Virus record (IMG/VR): IMGVR_UViG_3300031658_000009
Location: 1-58,012 of that record
DNA from: a virus
Taxonomy: Duplodnaviria > Caudoviricetes
Length of the DNA stretch: 58,012 nucleotides
Direction: 5' to 3' (one strand)
The notes beneath the pieces are model-generated. The model was not told the DNA's origin and ran no database searches. It saw only the letters and a list, made by a program, of their open reading frames with translations. The first letter of the stretch is position 1. Every line of letters starts with the position of its first letter. The translations under genes and the position numbers were made by a program. Shown here piece by piece: positions 1 to 10,003 of this stretch.

Positions 1-3000
1 CCGTACCAGCGGGACTACCACTACCGTTAGTTCCGGTTGTACCGTTTACAATGTTTACAGTATCAAATACCAAAAGCCTGTTCGTGTTACAATTTGAAAC
101 ATCGTTTACCTGCCAAATATCTGGAGTATAAATTGTTCCGTTAGACCCAGTTGCTCCTTTGGCTCCAGCGGCTCCAGCAGTACCTGTTGCTCCTTTAGCA
201 CCATTGGTACCATTAGCCCCTGTTGCTCCTTTGGCTCCAGCGGCTCCATTGGCACCGGTAGCACCCTTAGCACCCTTAGTACCTGCTCCTGTTGCTCCTT
301 TAGCACCAGAAGATCCGTTGATGTTTCCTGTTTGATTCCATTGACTTCCATCCCATTCGTATACGTCACCGTTATCAGTGTCAAGATATTGATCTCTTAG
401 GTTTACACCAGCCGCTGTTGGGGCTCCACTGTCAGAAGTCCATTGTGAACCCTGAACCCCTTTAGCGCCAGTTGCTCCTTTGGCTCCAGCAGTTCCTTTA
501 GTCGCTGTTCCGGTTGCTCCTTTGGCTCCAGCGGCTCCAGCGGCTCCTTTAACTGAAGCGCCGGTTGCTCCTTTGGCTCCAGCGGCTCCAGCGGCTCCTT
601 TCGTTGCGGTACCTGTTGCTCCCTTGTCTCCGGTTGCGCCCTTGGTTGCAGCACCAGTGGCGCCTTTTTGACCTTTAGTCGCTGTTCCGGTTGCTCCTTT
701 GGCTCCAGCGGCTCCAGCGGCTCCTTTAACTGAAGCGCCAGTTGCCCCCTTGTCTCCAGTTGCTCCTTTAGTAGCGGCACCTGTCGCTCCTTTTTGACCT
801 TTAGTTGCTGTTCCAGTCGCTCCCTTGTCTCCGGTTGCTCCTTTTGTAGCAGTACCGGTTGCTCCCTTGGCTCCCGCTGCTCCTTTAGTAGCGGCACCTG
901 TCGCTCCTTTAGCACCATCGTTACCAGCAGTACCTGTTGCTCCTTTTGTAGCAGCGCCGGTTGCTCCCTTGTCTCCAGTTGCCCCCTTAGTAGCGGCACC
1001 AGTTGCTCCCTTGGTTCCCGCTGTTCCTTTAGTTGCGGCACCAGTCGCTCCCTTATCTCCAGTCGCTCCTTTCGTTGCTGCTCCTGTTGCTCCTTTATTA
1101 CCCGTAGGGCCTTCTATACTACCTGTTGAGTTCCATTGACTTCCATCCCATTGGTACACCTCGCCATCATCTGTATCTAAGTATAGATCATCAGTGTTTG
1201 AGGGTGCAGTCGTTGGGGCACCAGCGGCTGATTGCCATTGTGATCCCTCAACACCCTTGGATCCTGTGGCTCCTTTAGTACCTGCTTCACCTTTCTGGCC
1301 TTTGGTTGCTGTTCCAGTTGCTCCTTTGGCTCCAGCAGTTCCTTTAGTAGCAGCACCTGTTGCTCCTTTATCACCAGTCGCTCCTTTAGTCGCTGTTCCA
1401 GTCGCACCCTTATCACCAGTCGCTCCTTTAGTCGCTGCGCCAGTTGCCCCCTTGTCTCCGGTTGCTCCTTTCGTCGCTGTTCCAGTTGCTCCCTTATCAC
1501 CAGTTGCCCCTTTAGTAGCAGCACCAGTTGCTCCCTTCGCACCCGTAGGGCCTTCTATACTACCTGTTGAGTTCCATTGACTTCCATCCCACTGATAGAC
1601 CTCACCGTCGTCAGTGTCAAGATATTGATCATCAGTATTTGACGGTGCAGTCGTTGGGGCACCAGCGGCTGATTGCCATTGTGATCCCTCTACTCCTTTA
1701 GATCCGGTTGCTCCCTTGGCTCCCGCTGTTCCTTTAGTTGCAGTACCAGTTGCGCCTTTATCTCCAGTCGCTCCTTTCGTTGCAGCGCCTGTGGCACCTT
1801 TAGTACCATCAACACCTTTTAGTCCCTTATCACCCTTAACAGCGGTTCCTGTAGCACCTTTGGCTCCGTCTATACCTTTATCTCCAGTAGCACCCTTAAC
1901 AGATGCTCCTGTAGCGCCTTTATCTCCAGTTGCCCCTTTGGTTGCAGCACCAGTAGCGCCTTTATCGCCAGTTGCTCCTTTAGTAGCGGTACCAGTTGCG
2001 CCTTTAGTTCCGTCTATACCTTTATCTCCGGTAGCGCCTTTGGTTCCATCTATTCCTTTTTGACCGGTCTGTCCTTTGCTACCACCTGGTCCTTGAGGTC
2101 CCTGTATACTACCTTGTGCATTCCATTGACTTCCGTCCCATTGGTATACCTCACCGTCATCGGTGTCTAAATACTGATCATCTACGTTAGAAGGAGCAGT
2201 CGTTGGGGCACCAGCGGCTGATTGCCATTGTGATCCCTCAACCCCTTTCTGGCCCTTGTCGCCTGTCGCGCCCTTAGTACCGTCTACACCCTTCTGACCC
2301 TTATCTCCAGCAGTACCTTTATCTCCCGCTGTTCCTTTTGTGCCATCAATACCCTTCTGTCCGGTTTGTCCTTTATCTCCCGCTGTTCCTTTAGTTGCGG
2401 TACCGGTCGCTCCCTTGGCACCAGCAGTTCCCTTAGATCCCTCTATACTTCCTTGAGCAGCCCATGCACTGCCATTCCAAGAATATACTTCACCGTCGTC
2501 GGTGTCTAGGTACTGATCATTTGTGTTCGATGGAGCAGTAGTCGGAACACCAGCGGCTGATTGCCATTGTGAGCCTTCGACGCCTTTTTGGCCCTTGTCT
2601 CCTGTGGCACCTTTAGTACCATCAACACCTTTTAGTCCCTTTTCTCCTGTTGCTCCTTTTGTGCCATCTATTCCTTTCTGGCCTTTATCACCAGCAGTAC
2701 CTTTATCTCCAGCCGTTCCTTTTGTGCCATCAACACCTTTTAGTCCTTTATCACCTGTTGCTCCTTTTGTGCCATCAAGACCTTTCTGGCCTTTATCACC
2801 AGTCTGTCCTTTGTCTCCAGCCGTTCCTTTTGTAGCAGTACCTGTGGCGCCCTTGTCTCCGGTCTGACCCTTTGAACCTCCTGGTCCCTCTATACTTCCT
2901 TGAGCGTTCCATGTTGTTCCATTCCATGAGTAAACCTCTCCATCATCCGTATTTAAATACTGATCGCGTATGTTTACACCATTGGTTGTTGGTACTCCAC

Positions 3001-6000
3001 TAGAAGAAGTCCATTGTGAGCCTTGAACACCCTTAGCGCCAGTTGCTCCCTTAGTACCGTCAAGACCTTTCTGGCCTTTATCACCAGTTGCACCTTTTGT
3101 TCCGTCAAGACCTTTTTGGCCCTTGTCTCCCGCTGTTCCTTTTGTTCCGTCAAGACCTTTTTGGCCCTTGTCCCCGGCGGCACCCTTAGTAGCAGTACCC
3201 GTCGCTCCTTTAGGTCCTTGAATACTACCTGTGGAAGCCCACGCTGTTCCGTTCCATTGATAGACCTCACCGTCGTCGGTATCAAGATATTGGTCATCCA
3301 CGTTAGATGGGGCAGCAGTCGGAACACCAGCAGCAGAGGTCCATTGTGATCCCTCAACTCCTTTAGCACCTGTGGCACCTTTGGTTCCATCTATACCTTT
3401 TTGTCCCTTATCTCCAGTTGTTCCCTTAGTTCCGTCAAGACCTTTCTGTCCCTTATCACCAGCCGTTCCTTTGTCTCCAGTAGCACCTTTGGTTCCATCT
3501 ATACCTTTATCTCCGGTTGCGCCTTTTCCACCTCCTGGTCCTTGAGGTCCTTCAATGCTTCCCTGAGCAGTCCACGCAGTCCCATTCCAAGAATAGACTT
3601 CTCCATCATCAGTATCAAGATATTGATCTCCAGAATTCACCCCATTAGTTGTAGGTGCTCCATTGGAAGAGGTCCATTGCGAACCTTGCACTCCTTTAGC
3701 GCCTGTTTGACCCTTATCGCCAGTAGCACCCTTAGTACCGTCTATTCCTTTTTGACCTTTGTCTCCGTCTATACCCTTATCTCCGGTTTGACCCTTGGTG
3801 CCATCTATTCCTTTCTGACCAGTCTCTCCTTTCTGTCCTTTAACAGCGGCTCCAGTTGCTCCCTTCGCACCCGTAGGGCCTTCTATACTTCCTTGAGCAG
3901 CCCATGCACTGCCGTTCCATTGATAAACTTCTCCGTCGTCAGTATCCAGGTACTGATCGCCTATGTTTACGCCATTAGTTGTTGGTACTCCATTGGAAGA
4001 GGTCCACTGAGAACCTTGAACACCCTTAGCACCTGTGGCGCCCTTGTCTCCATCGACTCCTTTTTGACCCTTGTCACCATCTATTCCTTTTTGACCTTTG
4101 TCACCGGTGGTGCCTTTATCCCCTGTTGCTCCTTTTGTGCCATCTATTCCTTTCTGACCAGTCTCTCCTTTCTGACCAGTTGCACCTTTGTTACCAGTCG
4201 GCCCTTCGATACTACCTTTGGATACCCACGCTGTTCCGTTCCACTGATAAACTTCTCCATCGTCGGTGTCTAAATATTGATCATCAACATTAGATGGGGC
4301 ACCAGTAGGGGTGCCGGGAGCAGACTGCCATTGTGAGCCTTCGACTCCTTTAGTACCAGTAGCACCTTTGTCTCCGGTTTGTCCCTTGACTCCATCAATA
4401 CCTTTTTCGCCCTTATCACCGGTGGCACCTTTATCACCAGCAGTACCCTTAGTACCATCTATTCCTTTTTGACCGGTCTGTCCTTTATCACCAGTTGCAC
4501 CTTTTCCACCTCCTGGTCCTTGAGGTCCTTCTATACTACCTGTTGAGTTCCACGCTGTTCCGTTCCACTGATAGACCTCACCGTCGTCAGTATCAAGATA
4601 TTGATCGTCTGTATTAGAGGGCGCAGTAGTCGGGACACCAGCGGCTGATTGCCATTGCGATCCCTCGACCCCTTTAGCACCCGCTTCGCCTTTCTGGCCC
4701 TTATCTCCAGCCGTACCCTTGGTACCATCAACGCCTTTTTGGCCTTTGTCTCCAGCAGTACCTTTCCCTCCAGTAGGTCCTTCTATACTTCCCTGGGCAA
4801 CCCAAGCGTTTGATTTGAATTCATAAACCTCTCCATCATCTGTATCAAGATATTGGTCTCCTTCATTATTACCAGTAGATGTTGGTGCTCCAGGAGCAGA
4901 AGTCCATTCAGATCCTCTGACACCATTTATTCCTTTGTCACCGGTAGCGCCCTTAAGACCATCTATTCCTTTCTGACCCTTGTCTCCAGTCTGACCCTTG
5001 TCTCCAGTCTGTCCTTTATCTCCAGCGGTACCTTTTGTACCGTCTATACCCTTCTCTCCAGTAGCACCTTTTACAGAAGCACCAGCAGGTCCTTCTATAT
5101 TACCTGTAGATACCCACGCTGTTCCGTTCCATTGGTACACCTCGCCGTCATCGGTGTCTAAGTATTGGTCATCTGTATTAGAAGGAGCAGTCGTTGGGAC
5201 ACCAGCAGCAGACTGCCACTGCGATCCCTCCACTCCTTTAGCGCCAGTAGCACCTTTAGTACCATCAACGCCTTTATCACCAGTAGCACCTTTAGTACCA
5301 TCTATCCCTTTTTGACCTTTAGTACCGTCTATCCCTTTTTGACCTTTGTCACCAGTCTGCCCTTTGTCACCTGAGGCTCCTTTGTCTCCAGCGGTACCTT
5401 TTACAGAAGCGCCAGCAGGTCCCTCTATACTGCCTTGTGCATTCCACGCTGTTCCATCCCAAGAGTATATTTCACCGTCATCGGTATCCAGGTACTGATC
5501 GTCTATGTTTACGCCATTAGTTGTTGGTGCTCCATTGGAAGAGGTCCACTGAGAACCCTCAACTCCTTTCGCTCCAGTAGCACCTTTCTCTCCTTTAGCA
5601 CCTTCATTTCCAGTAGCACCTTTTGTACCATCTATTCCCTTATCACCAGCAGTACCTTTTCCTCCTGTAGGGCCTTCTATACTACCTTGTGCATTCCATT
5701 GACTTCCATCCCACTGGTAAACTTCACCATCATCAGTGTCTAGATATTGATCATGTTCATTGACCCCATTAGTTGTTGGAGAGCCTGGGGCTGAGGTCCA
5801 TTGAGAACCCTCTACTCCCTTGTCTCCAGTGGCTCCCTTAGTGCCATCTATTCCTTTATCTCCAGTAGCACCTTTAGTACCGTCGACTCCCTTGTCTCCA
5901 GTAGCACCTTTAGTACCGTCAGTCCCCTTATCTCCAGTGGTACCTTTAATACCAGTATCACCCTTGGATCCGGTTGCACCCTTAGTACCATCTATTCCTT

Positions 6001-7117
6001 TTTCGCCGGTCTGTCCTTTTTCTCCGGTAGTCCCCTTATCTCCAGTGGTACCTTTAATACCAGTATCACCCTTATCTCCGGTTGCACCCTTAGTGCCATC
6101 AATCCCTTTTTGACCAGTCTCTCCTTTTTCTCCGGCAGTTCCTTTAGTACCTTCAGTACCCTTGTCTCCTGTACTTCCTTTATCTCCTCTGTCACCTGTA
6201 GTTACAAATGACACTATTACATCATCGCTGTTTGCAAATGGATCAGCACTTGAAAAGCCCTGCTCACCTATGTCTATTGACCACCAACCTGTTTGATCAG
6301 TTAGATCACTAATACTAAACAACAGAAAGATTGAAGCATCGAGTCTCTTAGAAACCCTTACATGACCTTTAACAGCGGATGTTACAGATGATATAGTTGA
6401 TAAAAAAGAATCAATGCTATTACCGTCATCATCGGTTGAGTCAATAGCCATTATAGTTGAAGTTGATTGATCTCCTCCACCCTGATTAACAACGACTATA
6501 CCTGTTCCGGGATCAGCACTTACGTCTGTTGATGTACTAAATGTATAATCAAAAGTAGCACCACCAAAGTTACCTTCAGTACCCTTGGATCCTGTGTCCC
6601 CCTTAGTGCCATCAATACCTTTTTGACCGTCTACCCCTTTTTGTCCGGTTTGACCTTTATCTCCTGTTGCTCCTTTTACTCCAATCTCACCTTTCTCTCC
6701 AGTAGCGCCCTTATCACCAGAAGTGCCCTTGGTTCCATCTATCCCTTTATCACCGGTTGTTCCTTTATCTCCCGCTGTTCCTTTGTCACCGGTTGATCCT
6801 TTTACTCCGATATCACCCTTAACTCCGATTTCACCTTTATCTCCGGTAACTCCCTTATCTCCAGTAGTTCCCTTAACTCCGATTTCTCCTTTATCACCGG
6901 TAGTCCCTTTCTCACCAGTGGTACCCTTAACTCCTTGATCTCCTTTAACGCCAATCTCTCCCTTTTGACCTTTAGAACCTACCTCACCCTTCTCACCTTT
7001 GGCGCCAACAAGTTGAGTAACACTTCCGGGTGTTATTACCGCTGTTGTTTGAGGTGGTAGTGTAACGTCAAAGACGAGTCCTCCTGCTTCTATTACTATG
7101 ATTTCTACTTCAGCCAT
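1..7117 (-). CDS. Giant collagen-like fibre protein, 3'-truncated by the window edge (2,372 codons visible)
   Basis: ATG at 7117 reads MAEVEIIVIEAGGLVFDVTLPPQTTAVITPGSVTQLV, then GAKGEKGEVGSKGQKGEIGVKGDQ... The same frame is open where I read it at the edge (..RLLVFDTVNIVNGTTGTNGSGSPAGT). The shadow ORFs of the track keep a constant phase along 0.1-6.9 kb, arguing against frameshifts. Not every codon was checked by hand. Confidence 0.93.
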   Translation of the reverse strand, partial: MAEVEIIVIEAGGLVFDVTLPPQTTAVITPGSVTQLVGAKGEKGEVGSKGQKGEIGVKGDQGVKGTTGEKGTTGDKGEIGVKGTTGDKGVTGDKGEIGVKGDIGVKGSTGDKGTAGDKGTTGDKGIDGTKGTSGDKGATGEKGEIGVKGATGDKGQTGQKGVDGQKGIDGTKGDTGSKGTEGNFGGATFDYTFSTSTDVSADPGTGIVVVNQGGGDQSTSTIMAIDSTDDDGNSIDSFLSTISSVTSAVKGHVRVSKRLDASIFLLFSISDLTDQTGWWSIDIGEQGFSSADPFANSDDVIVSFVTTGDRGDKGSTGDKGTEGTKGTAGEKGETGQKGIDGTKGATGDKGDTGIKGTTGDKGTTGEKGQTGEKGIDGTKGATGSKGDTGIKGTTGDKGTDGTKGATGDKGVDGTKGATGDKGIDGTKGATGDKGVEGSQWTSAPGSPTTNGVNEHDQYLDTDDGEVYQWDGSQWNAQGSIEGPTGGKGTAGDKGIDGTKGATGNEGAKGEKGATGAKGVEGSQWTSSNGAPTTNGVNIDDQYLDTDDGEIYSWDGTAWNAQGSIEGPAGASVKGTAGDKGASGDKGQTGDKGQKGIDGTKGQKGIDGTKGATGDKGVDGTKGATGAKGVEGSQWQSAAGVPTTAPSNTDDQYLDTDDGEVYQWNGTAWVSTGNIEGPAGASVKGATGEKGIDGTKGTAGDKGQTGDKGQTGDKGQKGIDGLKGATGDKGINGVRGSEWTSAPGAPTSTGNNEGDQYLDTDDGEVYEFKSNAWVAQGSIEGPTGGKGTAGDKGQKGVDGTKGTAGDKGQKGEAGAKGVEGSQWQSAAGVPTTAPSNTDDQYLDTDDGEVYQWNGTAWNSTGSIEGPQGPGGGKGATGDKGQTGQKGIDGTKGTAGDKGATGDKGEKGIDGVKGQTGDKGATGTKGVEGSQWQSAPGTPTGAPSNVDDQYLDTDDGEVYQWNGTAWVSKGSIEGPTGNKGATGQKGETGQKGIDGTKGATGDKGTTGDKGQKGIDGDKGQKGVDGDKGATGAKGVQGSQWTSSNGVPTTNGVNIGDQYLDTDDGEVYQWNGSAWAAQGSIEGPTGAKGATGAAVKGQKGETGQKGIDGTKGQTGDKGIDGDKGQKGIDGTKGATGDKGQTGAKGVQGSQWTSSNGAPTTNGVNSGDQYLDTDDGEVYSWNGTAWTAQGSIEGPQGPGGGKGATGDKGIDGTKGATGDKGTAGDKGQKGLDGTKGTTGDKGQKGIDGTKGATGAKGVEGSQWTSAAGVPTAAPSNVDDQYLDTDDGEVYQWNGTAWASTGSIQGPKGATGTATKGAAGDKGQKGLDGTKGTAGDKGQKGLDGTKGATGDKGQKGLDGTKGATGAKGVQGSQWTSSSGVPTTNGVNIRDQYLNTDDGEVYSWNGTTWNAQGSIEGPGGSKGQTGDKGATGTATKGTAGDKGQTGDKGQKGLDGTKGATGDKGLKGVDGTKGTAGDKGTAGDKGQKGIDGTKGATGEKGLKGVDGTKGATGDKGQKGVEGSQWQSAAGVPTTAPSNTNDQYLDTDDGEVYSWNGSAWAAQGSIEGSKGTAGAKGATGTATKGTAGDKGQTGQKGIDGTKGTAGDKGTAGDKGQKGVDGTKGATGDKGQKGVEGSQWQSAAGAPTTAPSNVDDQYLDTDDGEVYQWDGSQWNAQGSIQGPQGPGGSKGQTGQKGIDGTKGATGDKGIDGTKGATGTATKGATGDKGATGAATKGATGDKGATGASVKGATGDKGIDGAKGATGTAVKGDKGLKGVDGTKGATGAATKGATGDKGATGTATKGTAGAKGATGSKGVEGSQWQSAAGAPTTAPSNTDDQYLDTDDGEVYQWDGSQWNSTGSIEGPTGAKGATGAATKGATGDKGATGTATKGATGDKGATGAATKGATGDKGATGTATKGATGDKGATGAATKGTAGAKGATGTATKGQKGEAGTKGATGSKGVEGSQWQSAAGAPTTAPSNTDDLYLDTDDGEVYQWDGSQWNSTGSIEGPTGNKGATGAATKGATGDKGATGAATKGTAGTKGATGAATKGATGDKGATGAATKGATGTAGNDGAKGATGAATKGAAGAKGATGTATKGATGDKGATGTATKGQKGATGAATKGATGDKGATGASVKGAAGAAGAKGATGTATKGQKGATGAATKGATGDKGATGTATKGAAGAAGAKGATGASVKGAAGAAGAKGATGTATKGTAGAKGATGAKGVQGSQWTSDSGAPTAAGVNLRDQYLDTDNGDVYEWDGSQWNQTGNINGSSGAKGATGAGTKGAKGATGANGAAGAKGATGANGTNGAKGATGTAGAAGAKGATGSNGTIYTPDIWQVNDVSNCNTNRLLVFDTVNIVNGTTGTNGSGSPAGT
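315..5810 (-). repeat. 15 dispersed copies of a ~45-aa non-collagen module punctuating the collagen
   Basis: Consensus GSQW(Q/T)SxxGxPTxxxxNxDDQYLDTDDGEVYxWxGxxWxxxGSIEGP, counted at about 380, 1175, 1615, 2165, 2505, 2950, 3280, 3610, 3945, 4270, 4590, 4845, 5155, 5485 and 5740. Confidence 0.9.
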
Positions 7118-7135
7118 TAGGGATTATTCTGAAAT

Positions 7136-7534
7136 TTATGTTACTATGTCTTGCACTACTTCAAAGGTTCCGTAGAACCAGGTCTCAACAGTGCTTGCTG
7201 ATGTAAGTGTTGATTGAAAGCCATACACATATGTACCTGCCGCAACTTGCATATTAGTCGAGGATATGGTTACTAAGAGGTTTCCATTTATATCTCCTGT
7301 TATAGAAATAAGACCATCTGCAATAACCAATGGTCCATTATCATATTCTCTAACCTCCATTTTAAATGAGTATAGAGTCAAGTCTAGTTTTACACCGTTT
7401 GATGATTTGACTACAGATTTTAAAATAAATGTATCACCACGTCGCGTACAGATATTCAACTGAGCAGCGTTGTTCATATTTAAGTTTGTCGGGTTAGGAC
7501 ATGAACATGGACTATTTGAGCATCCGCAAGCCAT
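7136..7534 (-). CDS. Probable virion/fibre-attachment protein (beta-rich) with Cys-rich N-terminus
   Basis: Lies between portal and fibre. RGDTF...GTYVYGFQ...GTFEV pattern resembles BppU-like N-terminal domains. Starts MACGCSNSPCSCP. Confidence 0.6.
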   Translation of the reverse strand: MACGCSNSPCSCPNPTNLNMNNAAQLNICTRRGDTFILKSVVKSSNGVKLDLTLYSFKMEVREYDNGPLVIADGLISITGDINGNLLVTISSTNMQVAAGTYVYGFQSTLTSASTVETWFYGTFEVVQDIVT

Positions 7535-7535
7535 A

Positions 7536-9968
7536 TTAGGATAGGGTTAGGTTTGTTATTACTTCTTCTTCAAGTGGAGGTCTATCTCCTTGTCTCTGGG
7601 CAATTAATTTACTCTGAGCAATTGTTTGTTTATCTATTCTAGCATCTTTGCGATCTTCAGAGGCCATTTGTTCCTGTTGCTTAACACCACTTTCGATCTG
7701 CTGCTCAACCACGCCATAGTCACCCTTCATTTGCTCAATCTGTATCTTAAAAGAATACTCAAGTTCCATGAGTTGCGCTTTTGCCTGTGTCTCTAATTGA
7801 ATACGCTGTGCATCTATTTGAGCCTCAAGTTGTTTCTTTTGCATTTCAATCTGTCCAGAAACCTGTGATGACTGAGCATTTGCCTGAGATTGCATCTGCA
7901 TATTTTGTGCAGCCATTTCTTGCTGCTGCTTCATACGTTTCTTTCTACGTACAATTAATAGGCGCTCTGCTTGTTCAACGTCTTTTATTTGCCTAACAGC
8001 GATAGCATCCTCAAGATCAATTTCTTTTTGAGCCAGCGCTATTTGAATGTTTTGTTCAAGATATTGCTTATCTAACTCATTCATCTCAGTTACAACCATC
8101 ACTCCAAAGTTGTACATGGATAAGTTGTTAAACGAAGTGATTACCGCCATGTTTGTTTCTCCAATAGCATTTGTATACGCTTTATAGAGAATACTTTTAG
8201 GTGGAATAATCTGTAAACATCTTACAGTGTCTTCACAAACTTTTTTGTAAAGAACCATAGCAGCATTAGTAATATCATATATAGCATTATTACCCGCTGT
8301 TATTTGCTGCTGTCTAACACCCACAAGTGCGTCTCCCTTAGGTGATGTACCATCCATCACTTCATTGATGCCTGTAGCGTCTCTAATCATCCTTAGGTAG
8401 TGATTATAAACTGCGACTAACTCCTGTATGTTTCTAATAGCATTTCCTATCTCACGAACAGGAGGGTTCTGGAATCCACCTTCTGGGTTCTTGCTTCTAT
8501 AATAGAAGATCCCTGTCTGCTCATAAATATCTTGAATCTCTAATGGTTGAAGTGATCCACCTCTACCTAATTGAACATTCTCTAGTCCCTCTATATCTAT
8601 GATCAAACCATCCGGCTTTGCCTTGGCTATTGATTGTTGAATCTTAAGGTGACTTATCTGTAGCATATCAGCAAAACCAATAACAGAAGACACCATTGAC
8701 TTAGGTATCATCCCTCTTATGTTTGTTGCTATTGCGCTGTATGAAAGGTTAGCCCGAGAAATGTCATGTACGTTCTTTGGTATGTTTTTCTTAGGCCCGT
8801 AGTTGTATAAGAAATCAGTACCGACAATGAATGTACCACCCCATACTGTAGCATTACTCATATACATTGCTTCTCTGTCATAAACAGAAGCAGTAGGAGC
8901 CTGATACTCAGTACCTTTGTAATAGAACCCAATGTTACCGAAGGAAGATGTTTTTTTCTCGTAAACAATATTATCTACAGACATGAACTCATAGTCCATT
9001 ACCTCTATCTTATATTCATCAAAACCTTGACGGTATCTTGTACCAGGACGATCGTAGGTACTTCCTGTTGTTGAGAATTGAGTTGGGTTGTTGCCGTACT
9101 TATTCATTACGGTCTTAGCGATTTGCTCGTATTGCGCATCGGTAAACTGATCACCAGCAATACGTTTCAAATCCATTATTGTTATATACTTAAAGTGCCC
9201 AGCATATGTTAGATCACCAAAATTCGGATCGTCAGTATAGTTATGTACAAAGCGCTTTGGATCAACATACTCTTGTTTGATGCCATAATTAGGATCATTA
9301 GAGCGTTTAGCCACAGCCATACCAAGGGTAGCAAGGTCTTCAACACATCGACGATATATAGATTCATTAAAGTTGTTCCACTTAAGAGTCATTTCAGTAG
9401 CAATCTGGGCAGATATCTCAGCGTCGGTCTTTATGTTTGTATCAAGAAAGATCTCAGTTTCCTCTGGTGTTTCTGGTAATTTTGATGGATCTTGTTTTAC
9501 ATTTAAACCAAGCGACATGGCTTCTTCAATCATGTCACGGTTTTCGATACGTAATATTGTAGCGTTCTTCTTCTTGTCTTTCTCTGTTCTAGAAAGAGGA
9601 TCAATAGCCTGTATCTGAGGATATGGTTCTTTAGATAAGATTTTATTTACAACAATCTTAACGAACTTAGGAACGATAGGAACTGGAGTGTAATCCAGTG
9701 TAAGTAAAGTTCCGTCTCCATTATTAGGATCTAAAGAGTTTAGTATCTGTCTGTAGATTGATGTGTCTTGAGTTCCCTGTGCATAATCTCTACAGCGTTC
9801 CATTTCGCTGTTTCTTCTGCCGTATAAGGAATTCTGATAGTCACTACCAACCCATTGAGCGAACATAGCCTTTGCGTATTGAAGGCCATAGGAAGTGCTC
9901 ATCTTCTCCTCCGTGCTTGCTAATGCATCGGGAAAAGAAGATTGTCCTGTCTTATATTGATTGTCCAT
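7536..9968 (-). CDS. Portal protein
   Basis: 810 aa directly downstream of TerL; PVPIVPKFV and IRDATGINE motifs and Q-rich coiled-coil C-terminus typical of crAss/P22-like portals. Confidence 0.88.
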   Translation of the reverse strand: MDNQYKTGQSSFPDALASTEEKMSTSYGLQYAKAMFAQWVGSDYQNSLYGRRNSEMERCRDYAQGTQDTSIYRQILNSLDPNNGDGTLLTLDYTPVPIVPKFVKIVVNKILSKEPYPQIQAIDPLSRTEKDKKKNATILRIENRDMIEEAMSLGLNVKQDPSKLPETPEETEIFLDTNIKTDAEISAQIATEMTLKWNNFNESIYRRCVEDLATLGMAVAKRSNDPNYGIKQEYVDPKRFVHNYTDDPNFGDLTYAGHFKYITIMDLKRIAGDQFTDAQYEQIAKTVMNKYGNNPTQFSTTGSTYDRPGTRYRQGFDEYKIEVMDYEFMSVDNIVYEKKTSSFGNIGFYYKGTEYQAPTASVYDREAMYMSNATVWGGTFIVGTDFLYNYGPKKNIPKNVHDISRANLSYSAIATNIRGMIPKSMVSSVIGFADMLQISHLKIQQSIAKAKPDGLIIDIEGLENVQLGRGGSLQPLEIQDIYEQTGIFYYRSKNPEGGFQNPPVREIGNAIRNIQELVAVYNHYLRMIRDATGINEVMDGTSPKGDALVGVRQQQITAGNNAIYDITNAAMVLYKKVCEDTVRCLQIIPPKSILYKAYTNAIGETNMAVITSFNNLSMYNFGVMVVTEMNELDKQYLEQNIQIALAQKEIDLEDAIAVRQIKDVEQAERLLIVRRKKRMKQQQEMAAQNMQMQSQANAQSSQVSGQIEMQKKQLEAQIDAQRIQLETQAKAQLMELEYSFKIQIEQMKGDYGVVEQQIESGVKQQEQMASEDRKDARIDKQTIAQSKLIAQRQGDRPPLEEEVITNLTLS

Positions 9969-9988
9969 ACTTGAGATTGCTACTTATG

Positions 9989-9996
9989 CAAATATA
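9989..9996 (-). promoter_or_regulatory. Bacteroidota-type -7 promoter element (TATATTTG) upstream of portal
   Basis: Matches TAnnTTTG in the short intergenic gap, 20 nt before the ATG. Confidence 0.7.
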
Positions 9997-10003
9997 CTTC
10001 TTA

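Noticed and set aside
315-5810. Regularly recurring nucleotide repeats as a CRISPR array or DGR template/variable repeats
   Set aside because: Repeats are degenerate at synonymous positions, lie within a coding frame with variable spacing, and no cas or reverse transcriptase gene is present.
106-6938. About 25 track ORFs rich in PVAP, S/C or EQ/KE repeats
   Set aside because: They are antisense and alternative-frame shadows of the collagen gene (Gly codons give Pro/Ser on the other strand).
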